DNA of 63,839 nucleotides, counting the filler, from Octopus bimaculoides (Eukaryota), in NCBI RefSeq assembly GCF_001194135.2. It is 7 parts of 6 records of this genome, joined end to end, with 100 filler letters (N's around TTAATTAATTAA, not from the genome) between each part and the next. Parts side by side here need not be neighbours in the genome. Positions count along the whole stretch, not along the records: positions 9,203 to 24,437 come from NC_068981.1; positions 24,538 to 32,511 come from NC_068996.1; 5 more parts are not named here. The stretch is one strand, 5' to 3'. Position numbers and translations under genes: made by a program. Below, piece by piece: positions 12,937-27,049 of this stretch. Numbering within the stretch: the stretch's first letter is position 1; each line of letters starts with the position of its first letter. The notes below the pieces were generated by a model. The model had not been told where the DNA came from. It searched no databases and was given only the letters and a program-made list of their open reading frames with translations.

Positions 12937-13085
12937 AGCATGGGCGCAGGTGTGGATGCTGGGCCAAAATGTCCGTTTTGCAATCGTGTATTTCACTCGG
13001 TGGTTCCACTTTCTTTTAGTATAGACCTGACTGACCAATATATTGTGAGTAAATTTGGTAGATGGTTTAGGTGTGTTTAAATCCC
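12937..13085 (+). mobile_element. Diverged SINE family B head
   Basis: gggcgcaggtgtggatgc...ggttccact...tagtatagacctgactgacc...ttgtgagtaaatttggtagatgg resembles 42797-42930. Confidence 0.6.
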
Positions 13086-14507
13086 CGTAGTTTTAAGCAC
13101 TTTAGTCATAAGACTAATCAGATAGGTATCAGGCTTAGAAAGTAAGAACTGAATGGATTTGATGAACTGAAATCTTTAAGACCGTATCCCAGCATGTCGG
13201 ATCGGATCCCCAGTAACTGACACAAGTAAATGTATATATATATATATATATATAAATATATATATGTATGCGTGGGTGTGTATAAGTACAAATATATGTG
13301 TTTATATATGTATAAGTATATATATGTATGTATANNNNNNNNNNNNNNNNNNNNNNNNNNNNNNNNNNNNNNNNNNNNNNNNNNNNNNNNNNNNNNNNNN
13401 NNNNNNNNNNNNNNNNNNNNNNNNNNNNNNNNNNNNNNNNNNNNNNNNNNNNNNNNNNNNNNNNNNNNNNNNNNNNNNNNNNNNNNNNNNNNNNNNNNNN
13501 NNNNNNNNNNNNNNNNNNNNNNNNNNNNNNNNNNNNNNNNNNNNNNNNNNNNNNNNNNNNNNNNNNNNNNNNNNNNNNNNNNNNNNNNNNNNNNNNNNNN
13601 NNNNNNNNNNNNNNNNNNNNNNNNNNNNNNNNNNNNNNNNNNNNNNNNNNNNNNNNNNNNNNNNNNNNNNNNNNNNNNNNNNNNNNNNNNNNNNNNNNNN
13701 NNNNNNNNNNNNNNNNNNNNNNNNNNNNNNNNNNNNNNNNNNNNNNNNNNNNNNNNNNNNNNNNNNNNNNNNNNNNNNNNNNNNNNNNNNNNNNNNNNNN
13801 NNNNNNNNNNNNNNNNNNNNNNNNNNNNNNNNNNNNNNNNNNNNNNNNNNNNNNNNNNNNNNNNNNNNNNNNNNNNNNNNNNNNNNNNNNNNNNNNNNNN
13901 NNNNNNNNNNNNNNNNNNNNNNNNNNNNNNNNNNNNNNNNNNNNNNNNNNNNNNNNNNNNNNNNNNNNNNNNNNNNNTATATATATGCACACACACACAC
14001 ATATATATATATATAGCAAAAAAAAAAAGAGAAAATAGACAGCTTCTGACAATGCAGAAAGTTTAAACAAATATGTTAATATTTCAGGCTCAGAGTCTGT
14101 TAACCCATTCAAACTCTCCAGGATTTTACATAACTGGACTTGTCTTAGACTGTTATTTTCCTCTGAAGATGAGACTTTGAACTCGAAATGTGAAGTTAAA
14201 AAAAAAATAAAACTTTCAGCATTGTCAGAAGTTGTCTATTGTTCCCTCTTTACATCCTTCGGTATTACAATGCTTCAAGCGATCGACAACGCTTGTACAT
14301 ATATGGCTATTTGACTGAGCTTCACATGACTTACAGTTTCGCAGGAATGTAGGATGTGTTCATCACATCTGAAATCACCTGATTTCTGATCAGAAGGACG
14401 CATCCTACTCACCCAAGAAACTATAAGTCAAGTGGAACTGAGCTGAGCCAAACTGTTATTAAGAAGTATATGTAATTCTTACCAAAGCAGTTGAGTAACA
14501 CTTTCTT

Positions 14508-14549
<42 letters not shown>

Positions 14550-14955
14550 TAGATAGATAGATAAATAGATAGATAAATAGATAGATATAAATATACGTAT
14601 GCATGTGTCGGGAGAGGGGAGAGAGAGAGGAGAGAGATAGTGTGTGTATGTGTGTATGTGTGTGTGTGTATGTGTCTTTGTCTGTGTACTAGCCATTTGT
14701 TGTCAGGTTTAAACAAATATTAATTATAGCATTACATGCATATTTTATATTCAGTATATTATTTGAAACATTAAGTTTCTTGATATGAGTAAGTTATTTG
14801 ACTTCGTCTAGCTAGTTAAGCGCTAGCTATTTTCCTTATGTGCAGATTTGTTCACCAAGGGTCCAAGTTCTTGCCAGTCCACATTATATAAGTGAAAAAA
14901 TCGAAAGTAAGCAAGGAAAATGGCTACTTCTTGAACTAGTAGAGCTGAGAGAAAC

Positions 14956-14986
<31 letters not shown>

Positions 14987-14994
14987 AATATATT

Positions 14995-15190
14995 AGATAT
15001 ATATGAGGATCCCTTCCAGGGGCTCTATTATAGATTTGTTCAACAATCTCAGTATGCCATGCGGTTTCCAGTCATGAGTTCTACTTATGTGCTAAGTTTT
15101 ATCAAAATCGATAGAACGATGTAGGAGTAGTTAGCTAACAATTCCACAAACGCACCCACAGACAGAATTTCCCACATATGTAGTAGATAA
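14995..15190 (+). mobile_element. Possible Helentron-associated (HINE/DINE-like) non-autonomous element end
   Basis: gtgctaagttttatcaaaatcgatagaacgatgtaggagtag...cacagacagaatttcccacatatgtagtagat resembles the typical HINE end layout; pattern recognition only. Confidence 0.35.
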
Positions 15191-15436
15191 TGGGTTTCTC
15201 ATCCATTGTTAGTAGTTTTAAAATAACTGGCTTTTAGTAAGTTGCACAACTGCATCACGTCAATGACTCTTCAGTTAACGGAAGTATATACAGCGTGTAT
15301 GATGAGAGATGTTTGAGCTTAATGATGACCATTTTGAAACTTGTTACCAATAGCTTCAGAAGGTAAGTGTAACTAAAAAGACCAACTCTAACAAGTTATA
15401 TTGCGTCCTCTCACATTGATATATGCAACATCTTTG

Positions 15437-15592
15437 ACCTACCTACCTACCTACCTACCTACCTACCTACCTACCTACCTACCTACCTACCTACCTACCT
15501 ATCTATCTATCTATCTATCTATCTATGTATCTATCTATCTATCTATCTATCTATCTGCATGTATGTATATATATATGTATATATACATATAC

Positions 15593-15633
<41 letters not shown>

Positions 15634-15830
15634 TACATACACATTCATGCATTTGTACGCACACCTGTATCTATTCATCCATCCATTCATACATACATAC
15701 ATACATACATACATATACGCACATATATATACACACAATAAGACACACACACACATAGTACACGCATACACACATATACATAAATCGGTACGCACTTTGA
15801 TAGGGGCGTACACACGCATATATACACAGT
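15437..15830. repeat. Compound microsatellite (TACC)n-(TATC)n-(TA/CA)n-(TACA)n
   Basis: Direct reading. Confidence 0.95.
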
Positions 15831-16833
15831 TTGACATACATTTCTACACACATTTGTTCCTGTATGAATTTCAATGATGGGACTTTGTTTCTCCGAAAGG
15901 AACTGAAAGAAGACACAAACGCACGTGCACTGCCACGTATAAACACATACGTACATTATTAGAACAGAAGACACGTTGCCTATGAACTTGGTTTTTAGTG
16001 AAGGATCACTCAAATGGAACATTATCACGAAAACATTTACGTTGAAATTGAATTCAGGTGACCATATATTTTATGTTTATTGAAAAAAAGCATCAATGTT
16101 TATTGATTAACACGACAATGTTAAAACTACTGTTATAGATAGTGTGGCTGTTCAAGCTAAGGAAGAGAGACCGCGTGAATGCTGGAAGGAAAAATCCCAA
16201 GCAATGAGAGGAAATTTGTTTCGCTTCAGTATACATCAGATACTAAACAAGATACGCGAGTGTACGAAAGATACTCTACATGGTTCTTAGACGTGCAAGA
16301 AATAGGAACCAAATTACATCGGTCATAAAAAATGTAGGAACACGTTGGATGATACGATCCAGGTACACTTTGAAAATAAAAATAGAAGAGCTCGTCACGG
16401 TTGAACTGACATTACCGTGGTTCTGTTCCATCAACACTAAGTACGAGTATACGTTCTTATATTATTATCATTAAATCTTTGGGCTTTGTGCCTAGAGTAG
16501 AAAAAATTATTATTAAATCTTAAATGTTTGAAAAACTGTAATATTTAGCTACAAGAAAGCTACTCGTTCCTTTAACGAAAAAATGGATCTGTAAGATTTT
16601 ATCAAAGTTCAACAGTTTATTGTTAACTGAATTAAATCAGCAACACTTGTGCTTAAAGAACAGTTTTTTTTAAACATGGCTAAACGACATAATGGACTCC
16701 AGTATTTAACTAGAACTTCTTTCCTCGAAACTGACATCGGCAGGATTTCAACCCAGATACTATAGGGGGATCGTAACAAAATTCAGCAAACTATTTAGTA
16801 CGAATATCCACAGTTTAGAACAACTCATTTCAC

Positions 16834-16867
<34 letters not shown>

Positions 16868-16870
<3 letters not shown>

Positions 16871-17990
16871 CAGAGGGGTTTATCATAGCAGCCCAAGATC
16901 AATGCCTACCTACAAAGAACTACCAGGCCAACATATTAAAGAACGGCAGCTCCCCATTATGTCGTATATGCCAACAACAAAATGAGACCATCGATCATGT
17001 TGTCTCCATGTGCAGTCTGCTTGCGCCTACAGAGTATCTCAACAGGCATGATAGAGCTGCACAATATATTCACTGGGTAATATGCAAAAACCTGGACTTG
17101 CCCCATGATAAAAACTGGTGGGAACACAAACCACCCCCAGTACTTGAAAATGATCACATTGCACTCCTCTGGAACTTCACCATTCAAACTGACANNNNNN
17201 NNNNNNNNNNNNNNNNNNNNNNNNNNNNNNNNNNNNNNNNNNNNNNNNNNNNNNNNNNNNNNNNNNNNNNNNNNNNNNNNNNNNNNNNNNNNNNNNNNNN
17301 NNNNNNNNNNNNNNNNNNNNNNNNNNNNNNNNNNNNNNNNNNNNNNNNNNNNNNNNNNNNNNNNNNNNNNNNNNNNNNNNNNNNNNNNNNNNNNNNNNNN
17401 NNNNNNNNNNNNNNNNNNNNNNNNNNNNNNNNNNNNNNNNNNNNNNNNNNNNNNNNNNNNNNNNNNNNNNNNNNNNNNNNNNNNNNNNNNNNNNNNNNNN
17501 NNNNNNNNNNNNNNNNNNNNNNNNNNNNNNNNNNNNNNNNNNNNNNNNNNNNNNNNNNNNNNNNNNNNNNNNNNNNNNNNNNNNNNNNNNNNNNNNNNNN
17601 NNNNNNNNNNNNNNNNNNNNNNNNNNNNNNNNNNNNNNNNNNNNNNNNNNNNNNNNNNNNNNNNNNNNNNNNNNNNNNNNNNNNNNNNNNNNNNNNNNNN
17701 NNNNNNNNNNNNNNNNNNNNNNNNNNNNNNNNNNNNNNCAAAAGATAGTGCTCATGGGAACTGCCCATATCCTACGTAAAATACCGTCTATGTGATCTCA
17801 AATTTTAAAGCAAACACATAATTTTCTTATGGTTTCTTAAACATTCACTTGAACAAAACTGTACAAATCCAAATATATGGTACCCTAGGCATAACACCTA
17901 CATGAACTTCTAACTTGTTGTCTCTTGAGGTCTCTGGGTGAGACTTGGATCCAACTTGTACAAATGCAAAACAAAAGTCAAACATAAAAT
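16868..17990 (+). mobile_element. 5'-truncated R4/Dong-clade non-LTR retrotransposon (zinc knuckle and start of RLE region, 3'UTR), middle in gap
   Basis: TEGFIIAAQDQ...CRICQQQNETIDHVVSMC (CCHC knuckle), EYLNRHD, IHWVIC, LWNFTIQTD; after the gap QKIVLMGTAHILRK...*. (TAA)n on both sides (16835-16867, 17988-18020). Confidence 0.8.
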
Positions 17991-18020
17991 AATAATAATA
18001 ATAATAGTAATAATAATAAT

Positions 18021-18236
18021 GAGTTTAAAATTTTGGCACTAGGCCAGCATTTTTTGGGGAAGGGGTAAGTCGATTACATGGACCCCAGTGTTTAACTGGT
18101 ACTTATTTTATCGACTCTGAAAGCATGAAGGGCAAAGGCGACCATGACAGAATTTGAACTCAGAACGTAAGAACCGGCAAAATGCAGGTAAGCATTTTGC
18201 CTGGCGTGCAAACATTTCTGCCAGCTTACCGCCTTA
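18021..18236 (-). mobile_element. SINE family A, near full length; further minus-strand copies at ~18250-18450 and ~18520-18640
   Basis: Reverse complement gives aggcggtaagctggcagaaatg...ttctgagttcaaattctg...gataaaataagtaccag...aaaattttaaaactc followed by an (ATT)n tail. Confidence 0.85.
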
Positions 18237-18696
18237 ATAATAGTAATAACCCATTCTACTACAGGCATAAGACTTTTGAGGGAGCGGGCTAATCTATTAC
18301 ATCGATCGCAGTACTCAACTGATACTTATTTCATCGACCCCGAAAGGATGAAAAGGAAAGTCGACCTCGGCGGAATTTAAACTCAGACCGTAAAGACAGA
18401 CGATATGCTGTTAAGCAGGTTTGCGAACAATTTTGCCAGCTCATTGCGATAATATAATAATAATCATGCTTCTTATACAATAATTCTTACGTAGTCGCAA
18501 GGCCACACACATTTAATAGACGGAACATCGATTTAATCGAATCCCCAGTATGTGACTGGTATAGTTTTATCGAACACCGAGAGGACGATATGCAATGTAA
18601 ACCTCAGTGATGGGGTTGAAATAAGAACGCATAGAATATGCAAAGAACATAACATTTTGAACATGTATGGAAAATAGACGCACATTGATACACACA

Positions 18697-18738
<42 letters not shown>

Positions 18739-19682
18739 CATATAAAGCTTGGGCTATCGTAAAGAAAAGAAAACAGTTTGTTCAATTCGTAAAGTTTGTT
18801 CAATTCGTACATGTACACAACAGCTTTTGTAAAATGTCAGAATATGTGTGTAATAATAGTTCACGTTTCCCTAGTCTTACCGGAGTAATATTNNNNNNNN
18901 NNNNNNNNNNNNNNNNNNNNNNNNNNNNNNNNNNNNNNNNNNNNNNNNNNNNNNNNNNNNNNNNNNNNNNNNNNNNNNNNNNNNNNNNNNNNNNNNNNNN
19001 NNNNNNNNNNNNNNNNNNNNNNNNNNNNNNNNNNNNNNNNNNNNNNNNNNNNNNNNNNNNNNNNNNNNNNNNNNNNNNNNNNNNNNNNNNNNNNNNNNNN
19101 NNNNNNNNNNNNNNNNNNNNNNNNNNNNNNNNNNNNNNNNNNNNNNNNNNNNNNNNNNNNNNNNNNNNNNNNNNNNNNNNNNNNNNNNNNNNNNNNNNNN
19201 NNNNNNNNNNNNNNNNNNNNNNNNNNNNNNNNNNNNNNNNNNNNNNNNNNNNNNNNNNNNNNNNNNNNNNNNNNNNNNNNNNNNNNNNNNNNNNNNNNNN
19301 NNNNNNNNNNNNNNNNNNNNNNNNNNNNNNNNNNNNNNNNNNNNNNNNNNNNNNNNNNNNNNNNNNNNNNNNNNNNNNNNNNNNNNNNNNNNNNNNNNNN
19401 NNNNNNNNNNNNNNNNNNNNNNNNNNNNNNNNNNNNNNNNNNNNNNNNNNNNNNNNNNNNNNNNNNNNNNNNNNNNNNNNNNNNNNNNNNNNNNNNNNNN
19501 NNNNNNNNNNNNNNNNNNNNNNNNNNNNNNNNNNNNNNNNNNNNNNNNNNNNNNNNNNNNNNNNNNNNNNNNNNNNNNNNNNNNNNNNNNNNNNNNNNNN
19601 NNNNNNNNNNNNNNNNNNNNNNNNNNNNNNNNNNNNNNNNNNNNNNNNNNNNNNNNNNNNNNNNNNNNNNNNNNNNNNNNNN

Positions 19683-19726
<44 letters not shown>

Positions 19727-20950
19727 AATGTATACAACCCATTATTCCTGTCCATGTAATATGTATATATATATGTATATGTATATGGATTAGTGTGTTC
19801 GTATGCGCGCGTGTGTGTACATGTGTATTTGTAAACTCACATTTCTCACAGGCATGGATCTCAATAAACATGTAAGTACACTCATACAAACTGTCATGGA
19901 CATTATTTTCCAGAAAGACAGACAAAAAGATATTAAGAGTGAAGTCCAGGACTTGATGAAAACGTTTCGAAATTAAGGTGATGAGATGCAATTTTTGCGA
20001 ACGTTGATAGTTTGAAAGTTCTTACTGAAAAGGTTGGAATAAAATGAAGAAATTAAATAATTAGAGTCTTAAAGTGGTGAGGTAAAGGGGTGCTGAAGGG
20101 TAGGCAAGGACAGACGAGTGCAACTTAATGGTATGATTGAAGTGTCAAAGATATGTAATCAGAAGGTTCAATAGATAGCAAGAGGCCGTTATAAATAAGT
20201 GGTAGACGAGTTAAAGACACAGCACGTCGGTGAGCCAAAGGTTAAAGAGTACCATCGAGAGAATGTTTTATCAATCTGCCGAATGACACTCTTCTCGATA
20301 CGGTGAAAGAGTGGAATACAAAGTGCAAAGAGAAAAACTGGGCGTTATATAAAGTCAGTAAATTGTTCAGATTCAAGGAAAAAGTCTTGGCACTGGGAAG
20401 GGTAAATAAAAAATCGTTAGTGATTTTGAAATCGAATTCCGAATATAAAATACAACAATTTCAAAGGGAGACTACTGCAGTTGATGACTTCATAACTGTG
20501 AGGATGCGGAGCAGAAGAGAAAGTCCTGTTGGGATATTTCATAGTATCTGAGTGTATATATATATATATATGTATACGTTAAGTACACTCACATTCAGAC
20601 GTAGCCACTCACACACACTGCAAACTTTTACCCGCTAGAGGGGCAATTATTCATACATTCTAAAACGATAATTATAACACAGTAATACATACATATGTAC
20701 TTACATACACACACGTGAGTATACATATATATGCATATGTATATATATATATTCATATGTGAATGTGAGCGTGTGTGTATAGTGAACGGTTCGCTTGTCG
20801 ATTGTAACAGCAAGCATGTTATTTGAGTTTGAACGATTAGCGGTTACTGCACGGTACGCTATACCGGCCCGTTCGATTACTACTCTGTCTGAGACTGAAA
20901 CTTGAAGTTGGTCAACTATAACTTCTGCATACACACACACACACACACGT

Positions 20951-20989
<39 letters not shown>

Positions 20990-21483
20990 CATACATATAC
21001 ATATATGCATATATAAACATATACATACATACATACATACATACATACATACATACATACATACNNNNNNNNNNNNNNNNNNNNNNNNNNNNNNNNNNNN
21101 NNNNNNNNNNNNNNNNNNNNNNNNNNNNNNNNNNNNNNNNNNNNNNNNNNNNNNNNNNNNNNNNNNNNNNNNNNNNNNNNNNNNNNNNNNNNNNNNNNNN
21201 NNNNNNNNNNNNNNNNNNNNNNNNNNNNNNNNNNNNNNNNNNNNNNNNNNNNNNNNNNNNNNNNNNNNNNNNNNNNNNNNNNNNNNNNNNNNNNNNNNNN
21301 NNNNNNNNNNNNNNNNNNNNNNNNNNNNNNNNNNNNNNNNNNNNNNNNNNNNNNNNNNNNNNNNNNNNNNNNNNNNNNNNNNNNNNNNNNNNNNNNNNNN
21401 NNNNNNNNNNNNNNNNNNNNNNNNNNNNNNNNNNNNNNNNNNNNNNNNNNNNNNNNNNNNNNNNNNNNNNNNNNNNNNNNNNN

Positions 21484-21553
<70 letters not shown>

Positions 21554-22433
21554 GAGAGGATGTGGGAAGAAACTGGAAACAATAGTGAGTCTTCAATGCA
21601 ATTAAATAGGAATTTCCTTCTACGTTGGAATTTCAAGACATCGTCTTTGCTATGTTAACAGTAAGAGATTTCAGTGTCAAGGTACAGAGACGAATGACTT
21701 GTGTTTCTTAAATATTTCAATGTTGAAGGATTACAGCCATTCATATTAAGAGCTCCAAAGAGAATTCTTAGAGCAACGGATTAAATTCTTGCCTTACAAT
21801 TAATAAATACTCTTTAATCTCAGCACGATGACAGAATCAAAGATTATTTTCAATTGATATTCTCTGATTCCAAATTCACAATCAAATTCACTGACGGATT
21901 GACAGACGTTTAAGCATAGATGCTCAATGATTTAATGCATATTTATACATACACATATGTCCACATAAGTCCATGCAAAGATACACACATATATACAAAT
22001 ATACATATACGCATATATGTATGTTTATGTATACGCATGTGCCTATAAGTGCATTTATTTGTACATATATGTAGACGTATATGAATGTGCATGTGTGTGC
22101 GCGTGTGTGACCATAAAACTATTTTTAATATTTCCAAGCAAAACTTCGTGAGTATACATAAAACATATACATACATACATGCATATATATCTATATCTAT
22201 ATCTATATATATATGTATATATATGCATGTTTATACATATATATGTATATATACACACATATGTTGGCATATATAAATTTTGATTTACGTAAAAGAAGGA
22301 AACGTGCTCAATAGACCTCTGTTTTAGAGAAGTGTAGAATACGACGAAAATTGTCAAATGAAATTCTTGATACAGAGGAAATAACCCAGTTTGTCAGCAT
22401 ATTCATATATCTATACATTTATACATACATACA

Positions 22434-22467
<34 letters not shown>

Positions 22468-23290
22468 CACACATATATATACATATATATATGTGTGTGT
22501 ATGGACAGCAGCGACCATTGTAAGGGAACAGTATCTGTCGTTCTATGTTTGATGCCAATTTTTTAAGATTGTGAGGTGTAATTTAAGGGTCGTAGAGTTC
22601 TGCTAATTCTAACAGATCTATTGCCAGCCTAACCAGATAGTGTTCCTCATGTTCGGAATATATATTTATGTGAGTGCATTTTTAGGTATTTGCGTCTTTA
22701 TGTGAGTGTGTAAATATGTGTTTATATATGTCTGTGTACTACCGTATATCTAAGACTACTTCAGTTTCAGTGTTGGTATTGTTATTCTTATTTTCAGGAT
22801 TAATTCCCTTTTGTTCGTTCTTTTATTTCCCATCGCTTTTCCTTTATCTCGGTGCATATTGTATTTTGTGTCATTCACAAAAGCATGAACAACGAAAGAT
22901 CGCCTTGGTATGCAACGATGATATATTAAACGAAATCGCATAACTGAATTGACGTGTAGTAAGTGACACCATACTAAATTAAAGAAACCAATGCAGAAAA
23001 TAAAGGAACTAATTACATGAGTTCGGGTTTGTTTCATTATAGGACAAACAAAGAAACAATTAGAAATAGGAGCAAACACTTGCAGTAACTTATCTCAGTT
23101 AAAAAACAAAGAAGCCAGAAAGATAATTTCGTTGCAGCATTTATTTTTCTGAACGTATTAATTTAGTTATATATGTACTAAGTTAAGTATGATTGAGAGA
23201 AAGGAGAAAGGGCATGGACAAACTTATTTCCTCAGCCAAATATTTTACGAGTCAATACCAATTCATTCCTTAGAGAATTACAGTCGCTGA

Positions 23291-23340
<50 letters not shown>

Positions 23341-23528
23341 CACAATCATACATATAGATATGTGCGTGTGTGTGTGGGTACAGAGAGAGAGAGAGGGAAA
23401 GAGAGATAGATAGAGAGAGAATGTGTGTGTGCGTGTGCGTGTGAAGATCTATGCATAATCTATTTTTAATTATATCTACCTATATCTAATTATATCTAAT
23501 TATATCTACCTATCCATCTATCTCCATA

Positions 23529-23599
<71 letters not shown>

Positions 23600-24537
23600 A
23601 CATACATATATATATGTTCTTATTCTTTTATTATTTTCTAGTTTCAATAATTGGAATGTTGCCATCTCGGTGCATCCCATTCAGAGGAAATGCATCATGG
23701 TATCTTGTTGGAACCCTCGCCCTACACCATCGCTTCCTACAAACCTTTCTCGTGGTGCACTGTTAGCAAGTGGTACCACGTAGAGAGAGGACCGCTCCAG
23801 GAGCACCTCTGCTCTACATGTGCATATGCGTTTTAATGCGTGAGTATACATGTATGTATATATGTATGTTTGTATGTGTATGCATATGTATATATATTTA
23901 TGTGTTTGTGTGTGTGTTTATTTGCTCTACATAATTGCTTACGCATCTAAATGTTTGTACGTACGTGTATGTAGTTGCATACAGACAGACAGACAGACAC
24001 ACAGCGTTGCACATATACACATGTAACATTTTCATCTGATCGAGATTCCTCGGAAACTTTTAACCCGCTCACACCATCCATCTTGGTCCTACACTAGCAG
24101 AGAAATGTTTTTCGGGGAAGCATCATATAGATCAACTTGTGCGTTGATCTACATACGTCGTGTACGAATGACATGCTCAATTCTTATATCTAAAGCGGGA
24201 AGGGCAGGGACACACACAAAAATTTACACAATCCAAATGTTCCACCTATTTTCTACATAATGAATACCAGACAGACGCAGTGTAACACCATCGTAAGGGC
24301 CTGGTTTGGTTTAGTTTATTTGCAAACCTAAGACGCTGACGCGGTAGCAGGTTGTGAACTAGTCAACGTGGTTTAACTCAATACAAATGGGTTTATCTCA
24401 TTTATGTATGTATGTATATATATATATATATATATATNNNNNNNNNNNNNNNNNNNNNNNNNNNNNNNNNNNNNNNNNNNNTTAATTAATTAANNNNNNN
24501 NNNNNNNNNNNNNNNNNNNNNNNNNNNNNNNNNNNNN

Positions 24538-25766
24538 GTGGAGGGATATTGGCGTTGTAACAGTGTTTTTTTGAGGTCTTGTAAGCGTATTTCTCGAGTG
24601 GTTGGGTCAGAGACAATGGTGCAAATTCTTTTAGCTAAATTAAAGGGGATATTTATCTTGGTGTGTTTTGGGTGGCATGAGCTAAAAAGGAGGTATTGTT
24701 GTGAGTCTGTAGGTTTGTGGTAGATGTCGGTTGTGATTTGGTTATTAGGTGTTTTTATGATTAAGAGATCAAGAAAAGGGAGATGATGTTTGCTGAATTC
24801 CATAGTGAATTGAATGCTAGGATGTATGTTATTAAGTATGGATTTGAATTCTAGAAGTTTTTCATAAGGTTCCTTCCATATGATGAAACAATCATCCACG
24901 TATCTTTTCCAGTTATCCATTAAATATATGTGGAAAAGGTGTCCAAATTTCTGGCGTGAGATTTCATATAGTGTTAATTCAAAAAAAACCATTATGAGGT
25001 TCGCAAGGACTGGTGCAGCTTTAGTACCCATCGCGATACCACATTTTTGGCGAAAGTATGTATCTGCAAACAGGAAGTAATTGTTGGTCAGAATGAACTT
25101 AAGTGATTCTATAATGAAGGTTGTGTTGATGCGATTAGGAAATGTTTCTGGGTGTTTGTGCAGCCAGAATTTAATTGCCTCAATAGCATATTCATGAGGG
25201 ATATTAGTATAAAGGTTGACCACGTCAAAAGAAACCAAGAGTGACTCCTCGTTTGTTGTTTGCGGGAGGTGATTGAGCATGTCAAGATCATCTCTAATAA
25301 ATCTTTTGATGTGACTTAGGAAAGGTTTCAAAAGAATGTCCAAGAAATTGCTTAAACGATGTGTTTCGCAGGAGGTGCCTGCTATAATGAGTCTTAGTTT
25401 TAAATCTTCCGGTGCCTTGATGTTGATGTAGATTTCAGAGGAGAGTTTGCAAGCTTCGGTGATGGATTTGTTCTTATGGATTTTAGGGAGGCCATAAAAG
25501 AGGCTTGGCTTGCATTTGAAATTAGTGATGTAATCCTTTTCTTTGTCCGTGAGTCCTTGACCTTGCTGAAGTATAAGGGTGGTGAGGTTTTTGAGAGTTT
25601 TTTGTTGTTTATAGTTGGTGATAATTTCATATAAGGAGTTGTCGTTTAGTAAGGAGAGTGCTAGGTGTTTGTAAAAATCTGTGTTCATTAGGACTACAGT
25701 ACTACCTTTATCAGCTTCTTTGATAGTAAGGTTTTTGTCCTGTTGTAAGTCTCTTACTATTGAACT
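24538..25766 (-). mobile_element. Penelope-like element reverse transcriptase, ~410 uninterrupted codons, cut by a spacer
   Basis: IKEADKG, FYGLPKIHK, SFDVVNLYTNIP, GIAMGT, RYVDD, LPFLD, YHKPTD, SSCHPKHTK. No stop from 25766 to the gap; GIY-YIG domain not visible. Confidence 0.92.
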
Positions 25767-27049
25767 TCAAAAGCTCAAAGACAATATAATGTATGGGTAT
25801 ATTTATTTTTTATATATTATTGTTTTATATATTATTTTCTTCATTTTATACTTCTTTGTAAAACACTTTTTCATTCTCCTTCTTCTTGATAATTTGCTTT
25901 CGCNNNNNNNNNNNNNNNNNNNNNNNNNNNNNNNNNNNNNNNNNNNNNNNNNNNNNNNNNNNNNNNNNNNNNNNNNNNNNNNNNNNNNNNNNNNNNNNNN
26001 NNNNNNNNNNNNNNNNNNNNNNNNNNNNNNNNNNNNNNNNNNNNNNNNNNNNNNNNNNNNNNNNNNNNNNNNNNNNNNNNNNNNNNNNNNNNNNNNNNNN
26101 NNNNNNNNNNNNNNNNNNNNNNNNNNNNNNNNNNNNNNNNNNNNNNNNNNNNNNNNNNNNNNNNNNNNNNNNNNNNNNNNNNNNNNNNNNNNNNNNNNNN
26201 NNNNNNNNNNNNATATATTGTTACATTTTAAGTGCTGTTACATTGTTTACAACATAACGTCTGACCATAAGTAGAACAAACCATGTTTTGGGCCTGGCTT
26301 CAAACACAGAGAGAGATATTAAGGTGATGTGTTTCACCTGTCAACTGAACTATTTATTTTTCCTGTGTAAATTTACATGTATAATACTGGTGTTTAAACA
26401 GGCCATTGAATGTGTATTAAGTAATATTCAAATGACAACACCCAGATATTTCTACAGAAGCTATTGAACATTTATATACCAAATATTATTTCACTGAACT
26501 ATAATGAATCGCAACGCTTTAAGTTGGTACTTTTTACATGTTCTACAGAAAAAGTGTAGTGTTTCTATAGTTTCTGAAATAACAACAGTTCTACATGGAC
26601 CAGGAGAAATCCTAATGGACATCTTGATATTTTTTATGTAAGTTTGACCAAGATTTACAAGTCACTCAAGTAAATCAGGATTGTGATCCCTTACACACTG
26701 TTCCTATGTAGAGAGGAAGGTCAAGACATGATGCTCATGAGTGGGAATAATAACAAAATCTATTATGTACCAAAAATACTGCATCAAATCAATTATTTGA
26801 AAATGTTTCTTTTGGGAGGAAGTTTAACACAAGTGTACGTTGTCCATAGCAATTGTAACGTTGAAGGACAATCCCGATGAGTTTGAAAGAACCAACAGGA
26901 ATTAAAACCTGTTACGATCGTATTGCTCGTCATGTATGCTTTCATTTTCTTCCATCGTACGCATTAGGTTTTACAAAAAGTTTTCAGGATTCGATGACCT
27001 TTAGAAATTCATAATTAGTTCTTTACAGTTACATGTAATGTAAATTGGT

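Noticed and set aside
19940-20550. Possible decayed Penelope 3' end or hammerhead (tgatgagatgcaatttttgcgaacg)
   Set aside because: Core is mutated and no GIY-YIG motif could be read in any frame.
7605-21636. Long ORFs of 200-370 aa in the track
   Set aside because: They are open only because they cross N runs or dinucleotide repeats (X, YI, CV, HT, LS runs).
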